This document shows, piece after piece, positions 39,133 through 49,175 of a DNA stretch of 60,298 bases (positions are counted from its first letter, which is position 1; each line of letters begins with the position of its first letter). The notes under the pieces are model-generated. The model was not told where the DNA came from and made no database searches. It saw only the letters and a program-made list of their open reading frames with translations. Source of the stretch: Candidatus Caccenecus avistercoris (GTDB taxonomy: Bacteria; Bacillota_I; Bacilli_A; RF39; UBA660); contig DVJF01000002.1 in the NCBI GenBank assembly GCA_018716965.1, positions 1-60,298 on the forward strand. The letters are read 5' to 3'. The translations under genes were made by a program, and so were the position numbers.

Positions 39133-39906
39133 TTAAAGTAAAGATAAATATTTCTTTTCTAAAAGCTTTTTTTCGCTAATATAAGTGTTATTTGTTTTAA
39201 AAAAATGGTATGTATCTTTTTTAAGAAGATTTAAATTAGGTTTTTTTTCATTTTTTATATGATGATATTTAAAATTATAGAGTGCTCGCTCTAATTGAAA
39301 TCGATAATTTTGATATTTAAAATTTTTAAATTCCGTTACCATTTTATAGATTAAAAAAGTAACAATCAGATAATTATTTAAAGGGAATATTTGATTAAAA
39401 GTTATAAAGAATAATATAAAGATAATACTTATGATAGCGCTCATAAGGAATGCTTTTTTATATGGGAATATCAACTCACAAACGCATCTTAAAAATTGAT
39501 AGCCGTCTAGAGGAATAATAGGAAGTAGATTAAAAATTAAAATCGTTGTATTATATGTTTGAAATAATAGATAAGTCCCCTCTCTTATCCAAGACATTTT
39601 AAATAATAAATAAAAGATTAAATAAAGAATAATTTGGAAAATAATACCAAAACTAGCGATAAGAAGATCATGAAGTATTTTGGTATTAATCTTTTTATTA
39701 ATAGTAGTTAATCCTCCACTGGGATAAATATCTACTTTTACTATTTTATAGCCCAATATTTTAATAATAAAAATATGACCTAATTCATGAAAAATAACGA
39801 TGAAATAAATTAAGATAATATTTTTGATTAATCCTGTAAGAAGAAAAGATAAAACAAGAAAATAAGTAGATAAATGAATATTAAATAGACGCTTTGTATT
39901 CTTCAT
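39133..39906 (-). CDS. site-2 protease (M50), SpoIVFB-like
   Basis: HELGH in TM helix 1 and the NLLPIIPLDG motif. Sits in the position it has in B. subtilis synteny. Confidence 0.8.
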   Translation of the reverse strand: MKNTKRLFNIHLSTYFLVLSFLLTGLIKNIILIYFIVIFHELGHIFIIKILGYKIVKVDIYPSGGLTTINKKINTKILHDLLIASFGIIFQIILYLIFYLLFKMSWIREGTYLLFQTYNTTILIFNLLPIIPLDGYQFLRCVCELIFPYKKAFLMSAIISIIFILFFITFNQIFPLNNYLIVTFLIYKMVTEFKNFKYQNYRFQLERALYNFKYHHIKNEKKPNLNLLKKDTYHFFKTNNTYISEKKLLEKKYLSLL

Positions 39907-40534
39907 AATTTATAAATTCGCCATCTTTATTAATGGTCAAATAAATATCTTCACTATTACTTGAGCCTAGAATACTTCCTGCTTCTATATAGTCATATAC
40001 GGATATATCTGTATCTGTAATATTAGAATACCATATATCTACCCCATCATTTCCTTGAATGATTACTGTATTACCTAAATCATCTTTTTCACCAATAAAC
40101 ACAACTATACCACTAGTAATGACACTTATAGCTTCATTCATACCTACAGTTAGTTTTACACCATTTTTAAATGGTTCAATATTCGTATAAGATACATCCC
40201 CAAATACTACTTCACTATCTGTATTATTATCTTGTTTAGCTATATCAACATCACCAAAAACACTTTGATATAATTCATTAATTTTGGTAAATTCTAGAGA
40301 GTCTTCTAATACATATTTTTGATATAAAGCTTTATTATCTTCACTAATATTCGTAAAAATAATACTGCCTAAGACAAAAATAACGGTTATTAAAACGCGA
40401 GAAATTAGATTTTTCGCATACTTTAATTTAAATGGTAAATTTTCTTTATAGGAACTAGTAGTATTACTAGATCCATCTACATATTTTTCTCTTTTTAATT
40501 TATTTTTACGTATGATATCATTTATTTCATCCAT
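39881..40534 (-). CDS. degenerate M23/LytM-domain membrane protein, SpoIVFA-like
   Basis: One TM helix, then GIVVFIGEKDDLGNTVIIQGNDGVDIWYSN...IEAGSILG, which lacks obvious metal ligands. Confidence 0.55.
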   Translation of the reverse strand: MDEINDIIRKNKLKREKYVDGSSNTTSSYKENLPFKLKYAKNLISRVLITVIFVLGSIIFTNISEDNKALYQKYVLEDSLEFTKINELYQSVFGDVDIAKQDNNTDSEVVFGDVSYTNIEPFKNGVKLTVGMNEAISVITSGIVVFIGEKDDLGNTVIIQGNDGVDIWYSNITDTDISVYDYIEAGSILGSSNSEDIYLTINKDGEFINYEEYKASI

Positions 40535-40539
40535 AATGA

Positions 40540-40944
40540 TCACCTAGATAATTTTATGTAGGGTTTTACTAATTTATAACATAAAGCATAAAAGATTAGA
40601 TTGATAATATAATTTTTAATCATGAACGGAAATAAATAAATCATACTATAACCATTAATAAGTCCTAAGGCTAGGACATATAATATATAAATTATGGTAA
40701 TTAATAATATATAATGGCTAAACTTTGTTTGGGTAATATTTAAATGTTTTATTAATATAAATAAAGCGATAAATAACATGGTATTTAGAAAATAGGTATT
40801 TACTATTAATAAATCAAGAACTAATGGTATTAAAATAAATAGAAAGATATTTTTTTTAGAATACAATAAAATATTTATTAGAACAAAGAAAGTAGGAACT
40901 TGGCATGTATAGGATAGTAAAACATCTAATAACAAAAACAACAT
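40540..40944 (-). CDS. mreD: rod shape-determining protein MreD (probable)
   Basis: Small polytopic membrane protein immediately after mreC. SD ggaggt. Confidence 0.6.
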   Translation of the reverse strand: MLFLLLDVLLSYTCQVPTFFVLINILLYSKKNIFLFILIPLVLDLLIVNTYFLNTMLFIALFILIKHLNITQTKFSHYILLITIIYILYVLALGLINGYSMIYLFPFMIKNYIINLIFYALCYKLVKPYIKLSR

Positions 40945-40945
40945 T

Positions 40946-41608
40946 TTAGTTACCTCCACTTAATATGGCTACATAATTAATATCTTCTAACCTAGATAAG
41001 CTTTCTACTTCTAAAATGTATTCTAATTCTAAATTATCTTTACTGATACTTTTAATCGTGCCGATTTTTATATCTTTGGGAATACTGGTTAAACCTGATG
41101 TGTATACAGTATCTCCTTCCTTAATAGTTTCATTTAACTTAATATTCTTAATAATAATTTTTTCATCTTTGCTTGATAAAATACCATAAGATGAACCAAC
41201 ACGAACCGATAATTCCATATCTTTATTAGTAAGTAGTTCTACTACACTACTATTTTTATGAGCTTCTTTAATTACTCCTATTACCCCGAGTTCATTTATT
41301 ACTAAGTCTTGAACTTTAATACCACTACTTGTTCCTACATTAATCGTAATTTCATCATAAAATTCATAAATATCTCTTAATATAATTTTTCCATAAGTCA
41401 CCTCGTAATCACTTTCGGGAATATTTAATAAACTTTGCATTTCCGTGTATTCTTCTTTATAATATTCTAATTTGGTATCATAGATGAATTCTTGCAAATC
41501 TTTGGTATTGGAGATGAACCCTAAAAGATGGTCTTTGGATAAAAAAAGGATAAATATTAGAAGAATTGCAATAATAAACCAGTTTTTCTTTATCATATTA
41601 AACACCAT
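40946..41608 (-). CDS. mreC: rod shape-determining protein MreC
   Basis: TM helix, coiled segment, then beta domains (VINELGVIGVIKEAHKNSSVVELL...GDTVYTSGL). The start could instead be at 41596. Confidence 0.8.
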   Translation of the reverse strand: MVFNMIKKNWFIIAILLIFILFLSKDHLLGFISNTKDLQEFIYDTKLEYYKEEYTEMQSLLNIPESDYEVTYGKIILRDIYEFYDEITINVGTSSGIKVQDLVINELGVIGVIKEAHKNSSVVELLTNKDMELSVRVGSSYGILSSKDEKIIIKNIKLNETIKEGDTVYTSGLTSIPKDIKIGTIKSISKDNLELEYILEVESLSRLEDINYVAILSGGN

Positions 41609-41617
41609 TATTAGTAT

Positions 41618-42118
41618 TTAATTAAATTCATTAATATATTCATTAAATAAATTTAAAAGAGATTTATTTAACGTATCATAATAACTAGTTTCACTAGATT
41701 TAATTAATAATTCATAATTGTTTATTTCTCGTAGGAAAGTACTATTGGTTTTAATTTTTTCTTCATAAAAGTTTAGACCTTGATCATGAAAGTAACTTTT
41801 CATTAAATCTAGTACAGTAGCATCACCAAAAATACCAATAACGATTTTATAAATCCCCTCTTCTTCATAAATAATACTGTTAGGATAATTTCTCTGTTTA
41901 GAGGTAGCTATATCTATATTGTTATAAGAACCCACATAAAGAATTGTTGCTTCCGGATTAAGAGCATAAGCAATGGGTTCCTTAAATTTGTAAGATAGGA
42001 AGAATGCTACAACCATACCTAGTATTAAAGCAATCAAAAATATTTTTATATTTTTTTTCATAAGCATCACAACAATATTAAACCACATTCTTTGGAAAAA
42101 TATTGTCGAACTAACCAA
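41618..42118 (-). CDS. membrane protein with possible SPOR-like domain
   Basis: TM helix (IFLIALILGMVVAFF) followed by an alpha/beta segment (YVGSYNNIDIATSKQ...YKIVIGIFGD). The true start is probably internal, at about 42061-42067. Confidence 0.5.
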   Translation of the reverse strand: MVSSTIFFQRMWFNIVVMLMKKNIKIFLIALILGMVVAFFLSYKFKEPIAYALNPEATILYVGSYNNIDIATSKQRNYPNSIIYEEEGIYKIVIGIFGDATVLDLMKSYFHDQGLNFYEEKIKTNSTFLREINNYELLIKSSETSYYDTLNKSLLNLFNEYINEFN

Positions 42119-42632
42119 AGAAGATAAAAGTTATAATAAAAGCAGCAATAATTCCCATTAAATCTGCAAATAGGCCAACAGGCAGAGAATATCTTGTTTT
42201 GGTTACTTTAATGCTACCAAAATATAAAGCTAAAACATAAATAGTTGTGTCTGTACAGCCTTGAAGTGTAGAAGCTAGTCTTCCAATAAAACTATCTGGG
42301 CCAAAACTAGCAAAAATATCATTCATAATAGCTAATGATGCCGTTCCTGATATTGGTCTTAAAAGTGCCATTGGTAATATATCTATAGGAATATTTGCTA
42401 AATCAAATAATGGTTTTAGAAATCCTAACATGCCATCTAAAAATTTACTATCTAAAAAAATATTGACAGCAAAGACCATCGCCATTATTGTTGGAGTAAT
42501 GTGAAAAACCATGATTAATCCTTCTTTAGCTCCTTCTAAAAAAGAATCATATACATTTACGCGTTTTTTAACACCATAAAGAATAATAAATAAAACAAAA
42601 AGAGGAATGACAATTTTGCTAATTAAATTCAT
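42111..42632 (-). CDS. spmB: spore maturation protein B
   Basis: Nucleoside-recognition-type membrane protein in dacB-spmA-spmB order. Confidence 0.8.
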   Translation of the reverse strand: MNLISKIVIPLFVLFIILYGVKKRVNVYDSFLEGAKEGLIMVFHITPTIMAMVFAVNIFLDSKFLDGMLGFLKPLFDLANIPIDILPMALLRPISGTASLAIMNDIFASFGPDSFIGRLASTLQGCTDTTIYVLALYFGSIKVTKTRYSLPVGLFADLMGIIAAFIITFIFFG

Positions 42633-43210
42633 ACTTTATTCCTCCTTCTTATAAAATAATCTAATATTAAGCCTGATGCACTAGATACAGCGGTAGCTAG
42701 GATACTTGTAATAATAATTTCTGTTGGATTGGCACTTCCATGCATGAGGCGAAGAGCAATAACGGTTGTGGGTATTAAAGTAACTCCGCCGGTATTTAAA
42801 ACTAAGAATGTAATCATAGCTTCGGTTGCCGTATCCTTTTTGGGATTATCTTTTTGAAGTTCATCCATAGCTTTCAAACCAAAGGGAGTTGCGGCACTAC
42901 CTAGGCCTAACATGTTGGCGCCAATATTAGAAGCAATATAACCGAGGGCTAAATGATTTTTAGGTAAACTAGGAAAAAGTCTTCTTAAAATAGGATTTAG
43001 AGCTCTTGCAAAGACTTGCAGTAATCCGGATTTTTCAGCTATTTTCATAATTCCTGTCCAAAGAACAATTAAAGGCATCATTTCTAATATTAAATTAACT
43101 CCACTTGTTGCGTGTGTTAAAATACCACTATTGATGGTATCAATTTCTCCTGTTAATAAAGAATAGATAATAGCAATTAAAATTAAGCCTGCCCATATAA
43201 TGTTTACCAT
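42629..43210 (-). CDS. spmA: spore maturation protein A
   Basis: MVNIIWAGLILIAIIYS..., paired with spmB downstream of dacB. Confidence 0.8.
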   Translation of the reverse strand: MVNIIWAGLILIAIIYSLLTGEIDTINSGILTHATSGVNLILEMMPLIVLWTGIMKIAEKSGLLQVFARALNPILRRLFPSLPKNHLALGYIASNIGANMLGLGSAATPFGLKAMDELQKDNPKKDTATEAMITFLVLNTGGVTLIPTTVIALRLMHGSANPTEIIITSILATAVSSASGLILDYFIRRRNKV

Positions 43211-44295
43211 TTAGAAAACCACCTTAATATTTTTTTAAAGAATCCCTCTTTTTCTTCTTTTTCCTCTTTCACCTCTATTTTTTTCGCATATATACTTTCG
43301 GTATGTAAGACGGTATCATTTAGCATTACTCTTGCTTCTCCTATTTTTATTCCGTCATATATGTTATTGTATTTAAATAATGTAATGTTAATTTTTAAAT
43401 CTTTTTTTTCTTCTTCGGTTACTAAAGCATAATAATTGTTTTTAACATAAAATTCTACATCTTTATAATATGTATCATCTATTTTAAAGTTTTCTTTATC
43501 TATAGCAAGTATGCTATCATACATTGAAAAATAAGTTTCATATAAACTTTTATGATCATTAAAGTCATTGCCATCATTCAGTGTTACTACTACTAAGTTT
43601 TTATTATCCCGGGAAGCCGTGGTAACAAGAGTTCTATTAGCAGCTTCTGTATAACCAGTTTTTCCTCCTGTTGTGTATTCATACATAGAAAATAATTTGT
43701 TTTTTCCTTCCCAATTATATGTCTTCAAATTACTTTCGGCTGTATAACTGCGTGTTCCAAAGATACGGGCAAATGTTTCATTTTGCATAGCTACTTTTGT
43801 TAAAAGAGCCATATCATAAGCAGTAGAAGTATTACCTATCCCATTACTATCTAGGCCATGAGGATTAACAAAATGAGTATTTTTCATACCAATGGTATTT
43901 GCATATTCATTCATTAAGTAAACAAAGGCTTCTTCGGTACCTGCAACCGATTTCGCTACTTGGGTTGCCGCATCATTACCACTTCTAAGCATAAGACCGT
44001 ATAGTAAATCTAAGAGTTTTATTTCTTCTCCTACTTCTAAATAAACACTCGATCCATAAGACTTTAAGACATCTTCATCCACCACGACTGTTTTATTTAA
44101 ATCGCTATACATAATAGCAATTAGGCAAGTCATGATTTTCGAAATAGAGGCAATTAACTGAGGTTCATCTTTATTTAAATCATATAAAACACGGCCACTA
44201 TTTAAGTCCATGACAATTGCTTTAGATGCACTAATAGCAAATATATTAGCTGGAAATACAATAAAAAGTATTAAAGCAATAACAATTTTTTTCAT
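43204..44295 (-). CDS. dacB: D-alanyl-D-alanine carboxypeptidase (S11)
   Basis: SxxK (SISKIM), SGN (RSGND), KTG (GKTGYT), and a signal peptide. Confidence 0.88.
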   Translation of the reverse strand: MKKIVIALILFIVFPANIFAISASKAIVMDLNSGRVLYDLNKDEPQLIASISKIMTCLIAIMYSDLNKTVVVDEDVLKSYGSSVYLEVGEEIKLLDLLYGLMLRSGNDAATQVAKSVAGTEEAFVYLMNEYANTIGMKNTHFVNPHGLDSNGIGNTSTAYDMALLTKVAMQNETFARIFGTRSYTAESNLKTYNWEGKNKLFSMYEYTTGGKTGYTEAANRTLVTTASRDNKNLVVVTLNDGNDFNDHKSLYETYFSMYDSILAIDKENFKIDDTYYKDVEFYVKNNYYALVTEEEKKDLKINITLFKYNNIYDGIKIGEARVMLNDTVLHTESIYAKKIEVKEEKEEKEGFFKKILRWFSKW

Positions 44296-44367
44296 GGATC
44301 TCACCTATTTAAGTGTATGAATAATTTATGTGAATTAGAAGTTTTTTAACCAAGAAAAAAGAACATA

Positions 44368-45051
44368 TTATTTATTCAATGTTCTTTCTTTCTTCATATT
44401 TATATCAATAACTTTTTCTTCTTTACTAGCTAGTTCATCTGCAATAAACTTATCTAAAATTTCATTTTGAAGTCCAAGATTATCTTCGTTTTGTTTTGCT
44501 AAAGCTTCTAAAATAGCATTCCCTAGTTTACTTATCTCTTTTTTTGTTTGTTCTATTTCGAGCAGTAGTTCATCTTCTTTTTTTCTTGCAGCAACTCTTG
44601 CCATATAGTTTTCTTGCATGTTCTTTTTGGTACTATTTATAGTTAATTTTTCAATAGCAATATCATGCTTGTTTTGCTCACGCAATTCTTGATAATATCT
44701 CGCTAAAGCTTCTCTAATAGTAACTACAATACCGACATTAGCAGCATTAGCGGCTATCATTAACAAGATGGATGCTAAAACAGATAAATTTAAATGGATT
44801 AAAAGCGGAATACTAAAAAGTGAGAATACTCCTACTAATACCATTTCTAAAATAAGCATAGCTTTTCTTGTGTTTTCTTCATCATATTTTTCTAATTTAT
44901 GTAGTTCTCTTTCGGAGTTTATTCTTGTCTCATTTAACTTTCTTTCTTCTTGATCCAACATTCTTTTTTCTTCTTTTGCTTCAGCTAGTTTTGGTTCTAG
45001 CTTTGATACATATTCATTTTTTTTACTCCATAAGTCAATATATTTATTCAT
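44368..45051 (-). CDS. hypothetical coiled-coil membrane protein
   Basis: Two central TM helices flanked by E/K-rich helices. SD aggagg. Confidence 0.75.
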   Translation of the reverse strand: MNKYIDLWSKKNEYVSKLEPKLAEAKEEKRMLDQEERKLNETRINSERELHKLEKYDEENTRKAMLILEMVLVGVFSLFSIPLLIHLNLSVLASILLMIAANAANVGIVVTIREALARYYQELREQNKHDIAIEKLTINSTKKNMQENYMARVAARKKEDELLLEIEQTKKEISKLGNAILEALAKQNEDNLGLQNEILDKFIADELASKEEKVIDINMKKERTLNK

Positions 45052-45087
45052 TTTTTCCTCCTTGTAGCTTACTATTCTAGCACATTA

Positions 45088-45285
45088 TTAATCTATGAAC
45101 AAGTCATTTACTAAATCCTTTACATGTTCTTTTCGCTTTTTTGTTAAATCTTTATCGATAATTATTTTTACGACATCACCTTCCTTGGCATTAGGAACTA
45201 ATATTCTTGGCATATTTACTAACTTGCCTTTTTCTATTTCTACTACAGCATAATCTCCTTCAAATCTATCAATTATAACTTCCAT
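45088..45285 (-). CDS. DUF3006 protein
   Basis: VIIDRFEGDYAVVEIEKGKLVNMP...EGDVV, in its usual position next to a ComEC-type MBL hydrolase. Confidence 0.75.
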   Translation of the reverse strand: MEVIIDRFEGDYAVVEIEKGKLVNMPRILVPNAKEGDVVKIIIDKDLTKKRKEHVKDLVNDLFID

Positions 45286-45288
45286 AAA

Positions 45289-46161
45289 TCATTTCTCCGT
45301 TTCTACTTCTATATTTATGCCATCAGACTTTACAATAATACTACCATTTAGATCAGTACGATATATATTATTTGTATATTTTTCTAACTTTTCAATCGTA
45401 CTTGAAGATGGATGATTATAACTATTATTAGCACCAACACTAATAATAGCATAACTAGGATTTACTCTAGCTAAAAAATCATCAGACGAACTTGTATCAC
45501 TACCATGATGACCTACTTTTAGTACGTCTGCCTCTACATCCGCAGTAATTTCTTTTTCACTTAACGCTTCAGCGTCCCCAGTATAAAGAAAAGAAATATT
45601 TCCATAAGTAATTTTTAAGACAATAGAATAATTATTCATACTAGAATATTTTTCGGCATTAGGAGCAAGCATTTCAATTGAAAGATTATCTTCACTTAAT
45701 ACTTCTACTCCTGCTTTACCAGTATGAATACTTAACCCTTTATCTTTAATTGTTTCTAGTAAATTTTCATAAGTTTTACTCGTACTAACAGCTTTAGGCA
45801 TATAAATAGATGATACATCAAAGGTATTTATCACATCTGCAAGTCCACCTATATGGTCCGTATGAGGATGAGTTCCTATAACATAATCGATATCGGTATA
45901 ACCAAGATTTTCAATATAATCAATTACCGTATCACTTTCGTAAGCTTCCCCAGCATCAATTAACATAGTATCTCCATTCGGTAATTCAATAAAGTTAGCA
46001 TCTCCTTGACCTACATCAATAAAGTGCGCAACTAGTTCATCTTCACTAGCTTTAAATTCATTCGTAGTATTAGAACTATTGGAATTTGGTAAATCCAAAT
46101 TAATTTTAGCACAACCACTTATTAAAACTAAAAACATTAAAACTATAATTATCTTTTTCAT
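45289..46161 (-). CDS. MBL-fold hydrolase lipoprotein (ComEC C-terminal-like)
   Basis: Lipobox LISGC, VGQGDA, and HPHTDHIGG. Confidence 0.85.
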   Translation of the reverse strand: MKKIIIVLMFLVLISGCAKINLDLPNSNSSNTTNEFKASEDELVAHFIDVGQGDANFIELPNGDTMLIDAGEAYESDTVIDYIENLGYTDIDYVIGTHPHTDHIGGLADVINTFDVSSIYMPKAVSTSKTYENLLETIKDKGLSIHTGKAGVEVLSEDNLSIEMLAPNAEKYSSMNNYSIVLKITYGNISFLYTGDAEALSEKEITADVEADVLKVGHHGSDTSSSDDFLARVNPSYAIISVGANNSYNHPSSSTIEKLEKYTNNIYRTDLNGSIIVKSDGINIEVETEK

Positions 46162-46274
46162 ATGACACTTCCTATTATAATTATAAAGAAGTTTTAAAAA
46201 AAGAACAATGTTAAAACATTATTCTTGACATAAAACAACATAAATATAAATTTTAATATTTTTGCAAATTAAAA

Positions 46275-46290
46275 CAAGGAAATTTCCTTG
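46275..46290 (-). terminator. perfect 16-nt palindrome acting as a terminator stem
   Basis: caaggaaatttccttg lies directly after the stop at 46292, followed by a U-rich tract on the minus strand. Confidence 0.55.
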
Positions 46291-46291
46291 C

Positions 46292-47200
46292 TTAAAATTT
46301 ACGCATATGAATAGGAACTCTAACCCGGGTATATGATTTCATATTTGGCGTTTCATCAAGTATTTTCATAGCTTCTTCAGAATAATTTTGACATGCCTCT
46401 TTAAAAGACATTTCCATTGAGGTGTTAACATTAATACTTGATAATTCTTCTTTGGGAGTTGCTATTATTGTATCAATTAGTTCTAAAAAATTAGGATTAT
46501 TTATTACTTCTGGAAAACTACATACATAATCAATAGCTTCTATATGTTTTATAGTAGGACAAGTAAAAAGTTTTAAAATAATATGAGTTAGATCATTATC
46601 TAGTAATCTTCTTATATCAATAATTAAATCAGTTTTATATTCTAAATCTTCATCTAATTTGGCATCCTCAGAATGATAATTAATAATACCTTCTAATATT
46701 TCTTTAGTTAATCCTAATTGTTTTACTTTTTCATTTTGCATAATATTTTCTAGCTCTTTTTGATAATATTCTAGGTCTCCGCCTAAAGTTAATAATTTAG
46801 CTTCTCTTCTTAAATTTAGAACATCTTCTTTCGTATTCTTATCTGGTTCATCTACTAAAGATGTTCTTAAAATATTAAATTCCGGATAATCTAGTATTAT
46901 ATTTAAATATTCATAAAAATTAGGACTATTAGCAAATCTTTTATCATAACTTAATTCACAAATGTTACGCATCATATTTGTAAATTTATAGTTATTATAA
47001 TTAGATTTTTCGTTAGTTAAATTAATTATCAAATTATAAAACTTATTTCGATAATTACTAGGAAGATTTTGAAAACCTTCACTTTTAAAAAATTTCCAAA
47101 TCTCATAGTTTGTAAAAGTATCAATATCAGGATTAATTCTCTTTATATTAGCTTTTACTTCACGATTTATTCTAATTTTTTCTTTTATTTCATCAAACAT
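46292..47200 (-). CDS. hypothetical protein
   Basis: Long ORF. The start MFDEIKEK at 47200 follows SD aggaag; the track start at 47290 would overlap the upstream gene. Confidence 0.75.
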   Translation of the reverse strand: MFDEIKEKIRINREVKANIKRINPDIDTFTNYEIWKFFKSEGFQNLPSNYRNKFYNLIINLTNEKSNYNNYKFTNMMRNICELSYDKRFANSPNFYEYLNIILDYPEFNILRTSLVDEPDKNTKEDVLNLRREAKLLTLGGDLEYYQKELENIMQNEKVKQLGLTKEILEGIINYHSEDAKLDEDLEYKTDLIIDIRRLLDNDLTHIILKLFTCPTIKHIEAIDYVCSFPEVINNPNFLELIDTIIATPKEELSSINVNTSMEMSFKEACQNYSEEAMKILDETPNMKSYTRVRVPIHMRKF

Positions 47201-47261
47201 ATTATCACTTCCTGTTTTTATTATAATGGATAGTGGTTTTAAAGTAAAGAAAAAACGAGGA

Positions 47262-47804
47262 TTAATCCTCATTATAATTATATACTCCATGTATTTTTTC
47301 TAGCGTTTCTTCATCAGGCTGTTCAACATACCATTTACCAGATGATTTAGTTACGGTAAATACTATATTATAGGAAATTGTATCATTAGTATCTTTCATA
47401 GTCTCTAATTTGTATTCCATGTATAGGTCATTGTCATACTCTCCATCTGTTAAGAATTCTTCTGGATGAGTATTTAAATAATCACTAGCTTCCTCTTGAG
47501 CTTTATATAAATCATAAACTGTAATTTTTACAGTAACCTTGGCAGTATCTCCATCGTATTCTTCATTCTCAATTGTATAAATTAAGTCTCGATATTGTCT
47601 TTTTAATACTTCTTTATAGGTATCTTTCCCTTTTTCTGTTAAATTTTCACTTTCTACTAATTCATCAATATCTTCTAAAACATAATTATTTAAGCTTTTA
47701 TAATCATTTAAGTATTTTTCTACCGCATCTGCTGCTAAATCATTAGCACATGAACAACCTCCTACTATAAATAAACAAGCTATTAATCCAATTAATTTTT
47801 TCAT
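47262..47804 (-). CDS. lipoprotein, unknown function
   Basis: MKKLIGLIACLFIVGGCSC contains a lipobox. Confidence 0.8.
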   Translation of the reverse strand: MKKLIGLIACLFIVGGCSCANDLAADAVEKYLNDYKSLNNYVLEDIDELVESENLTEKGKDTYKEVLKRQYRDLIYTIENEEYDGDTAKVTVKITVYDLYKAQEEASDYLNTHPEEFLTDGEYDNDLYMEYKLETMKDTNDTISYNIVFTVTKSSGKWYVEQPDEETLEKIHGVYNYNED

Positions 47805-47888
47805 ATTCACCATTCCTTAATTTTATTATGTTACTAAAAAACTTTATTTATACAAAAATTTATAGTATAATATTATTAGGTGATTATA

Positions 47889-48206
47889 ATGGATACATGG
47901 TTACAATATTTAATTATTGCAGTTGTTTTAATTTTAGTTTTATTAATTGTTATTAAATTAACAAGAAGAGACTTTCGAATTGAAGCAAATAAACTTATTA
48001 CTTATTTAGGAGGAAAAGATAATATTGTTAGTGCTGAAGCTAATATGAGTAGATTTAAAGTTATCTTAAAAGATGTAAGTATTGTCAATAAAGATGCAAT
48101 TGAAAAATTAGGTGCTAAAGGGATTGTGGAAATAGACAATCAATTAAAAATAATCTTTGGACCTAATGCTAAAGAATTAAAAAGATATATTGATGATATT
48201 GTTTAA
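47889..48206 (+). CDS. membrane-anchored PTS EIIB-like domain protein lacking the phospho-Cys
   Basis: TM helix, then LGGKDNIVSAEANMSRFKVILKD. The canonical EIIB motif is N-[IV]-x4-C-x-T-R-L-R, and here Asn sits where the Cys should be. Confidence 0.7.
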   Translation: MDTWLQYLIIAVVLILVLLIVIKLTRRDFRIEANKLITYLGGKDNIVSAEANMSRFKVILKDVSIVNKDAIEKLGAKGIVEIDNQLKIIFGPNAKELKRYIDDIV

Positions 48207-48208
48207 AG

Positions 48209-48232
48209 CTAAACTAAAAAGTTTAGTTTTTT
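48209..48232 (+). terminator. rho-independent terminator
   Basis: Stem ctaaac/gtttag followed by tttttt. Confidence 0.65.
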
Positions 48233-48243
48233 AAATATTTGCC

Positions 48244-48273
48244 TTGACGAACATATGTATAACTTGATATAAT
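48244..48273 (+). promoter_or_regulatory. sigma-A type promoter overlapped by a LexA-box-like sequence
   Basis: TTGACG, an 18-nt spacer, then TATAAT. CGAACATATGTATA (48248..48261) resembles the Bacillota SOS box CGAACATATGTTCG, with mismatches in the right half-site. Confidence 0.45.
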
Positions 48274-48365
48274 ATAATTGATTTTAGAAAGATATTAACA
48301 TCAAGAATGTTATCAATATTAATATCTTTAAAATAAAAATAGATAGATGTATAATGAAGGGAGTA

Positions 48366-48787
48366 ATGGTTATGTGTAAATTAGGAGACATTATTTTTGT
48401 AAAGGAATATTTTGGAAGTGACGGAAAAAAAGTTAATCAGCACTCATTTGCGGTAATCAATGATAAGAAAGATTTTATTGAAGGGCTTTGCTATGACTTT
48501 GTAGCCAACGTGATGTTAAGCTTTCATAATGAAGAACACAAAGCAAGAAAATTAAAATATAAAAGAATCTTCCTATCAAAGAAGAGAAAGTTAGTGGCAA
48601 AGATTTAAATGATAGAGAAGGATATATTAGAGCAGACGAGTTATATTACTTCAATAAAAACAAAATTCAATATAAAGTAATTGCTCACATGGATCCAGAA
48701 TTACTTGATGAATTAGTACAATTATTACTATTGTTACATGATGAGAATAAATTAAAAATAGTCACTAAAAATCTGGAAGAAATTTAA
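48366..48787 (+). pseudogene. frameshifted PemK/MazF-like toxin gene
   Basis: Frame 1 reads MCKLGDIIFVKEYFGSDGKKVNQHSFAVINDK... and stops at 48606..48608. The shifted frame, open from 48563, continues KNLPIKEEKVSGKDLNDREGYIRADELYYFNKNKIQYKVIAHMDPELLDELV and stops at 48785..48787. Restoring the frame needs a 1-nt insertion somewhere between 48561 and 48606. Confidence 0.5.
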
Positions 48788-48896
48788 ACATAAACTTAGT
48801 TTGACAAACTATATTAAAAGTGATATTACAACAATCAATTTATATCTATCATTTTTTTAAAAAAGATGTATACTATAATTACAGTAGGAGGTTGTG

Positions 48897-49055
48897 ATGA
48901 AAGAAAAAGAAAAAAAGATTAAATTTCCAAAAGACTTTTTCACGAAAAGTCGACCTCATGCATCAAAACAAGAAAAAGATTACATTCCATTTCAATGGAG
49001 CGAAAATGTCTTAAATGGAAAAAGTAAAGCAAAAATTGTATCACTAAAAAAATAA
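48897..49055 (+). CDS. hypothetical 52-aa basic protein
   Basis: Strong SD (aggagg) and a TATAAT upstream. Product MKEKEKKIKFPKDFFTKSRPHASKQEKDYIPFQWSENVLNGKSKAKIVSLKK. It falls below the ORF-track size cut-off. Confidence 0.45.
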   Translation: MKEKEKKIKFPKDFFTKSRPHASKQEKDYIPFQWSENVLNGKSKAKIVSLKK

Positions 49056-49175
49056 TTAAATAACAAAAACTCTTTGCCTAATACAAGTTTAGGCTTCTAC
49101 CATGGAACTTATCTTTTTGGGTAGGTTCTTTTTTTTACTTAAAAAAGCCCATAAATACAGGCTTTATAGACTAAT

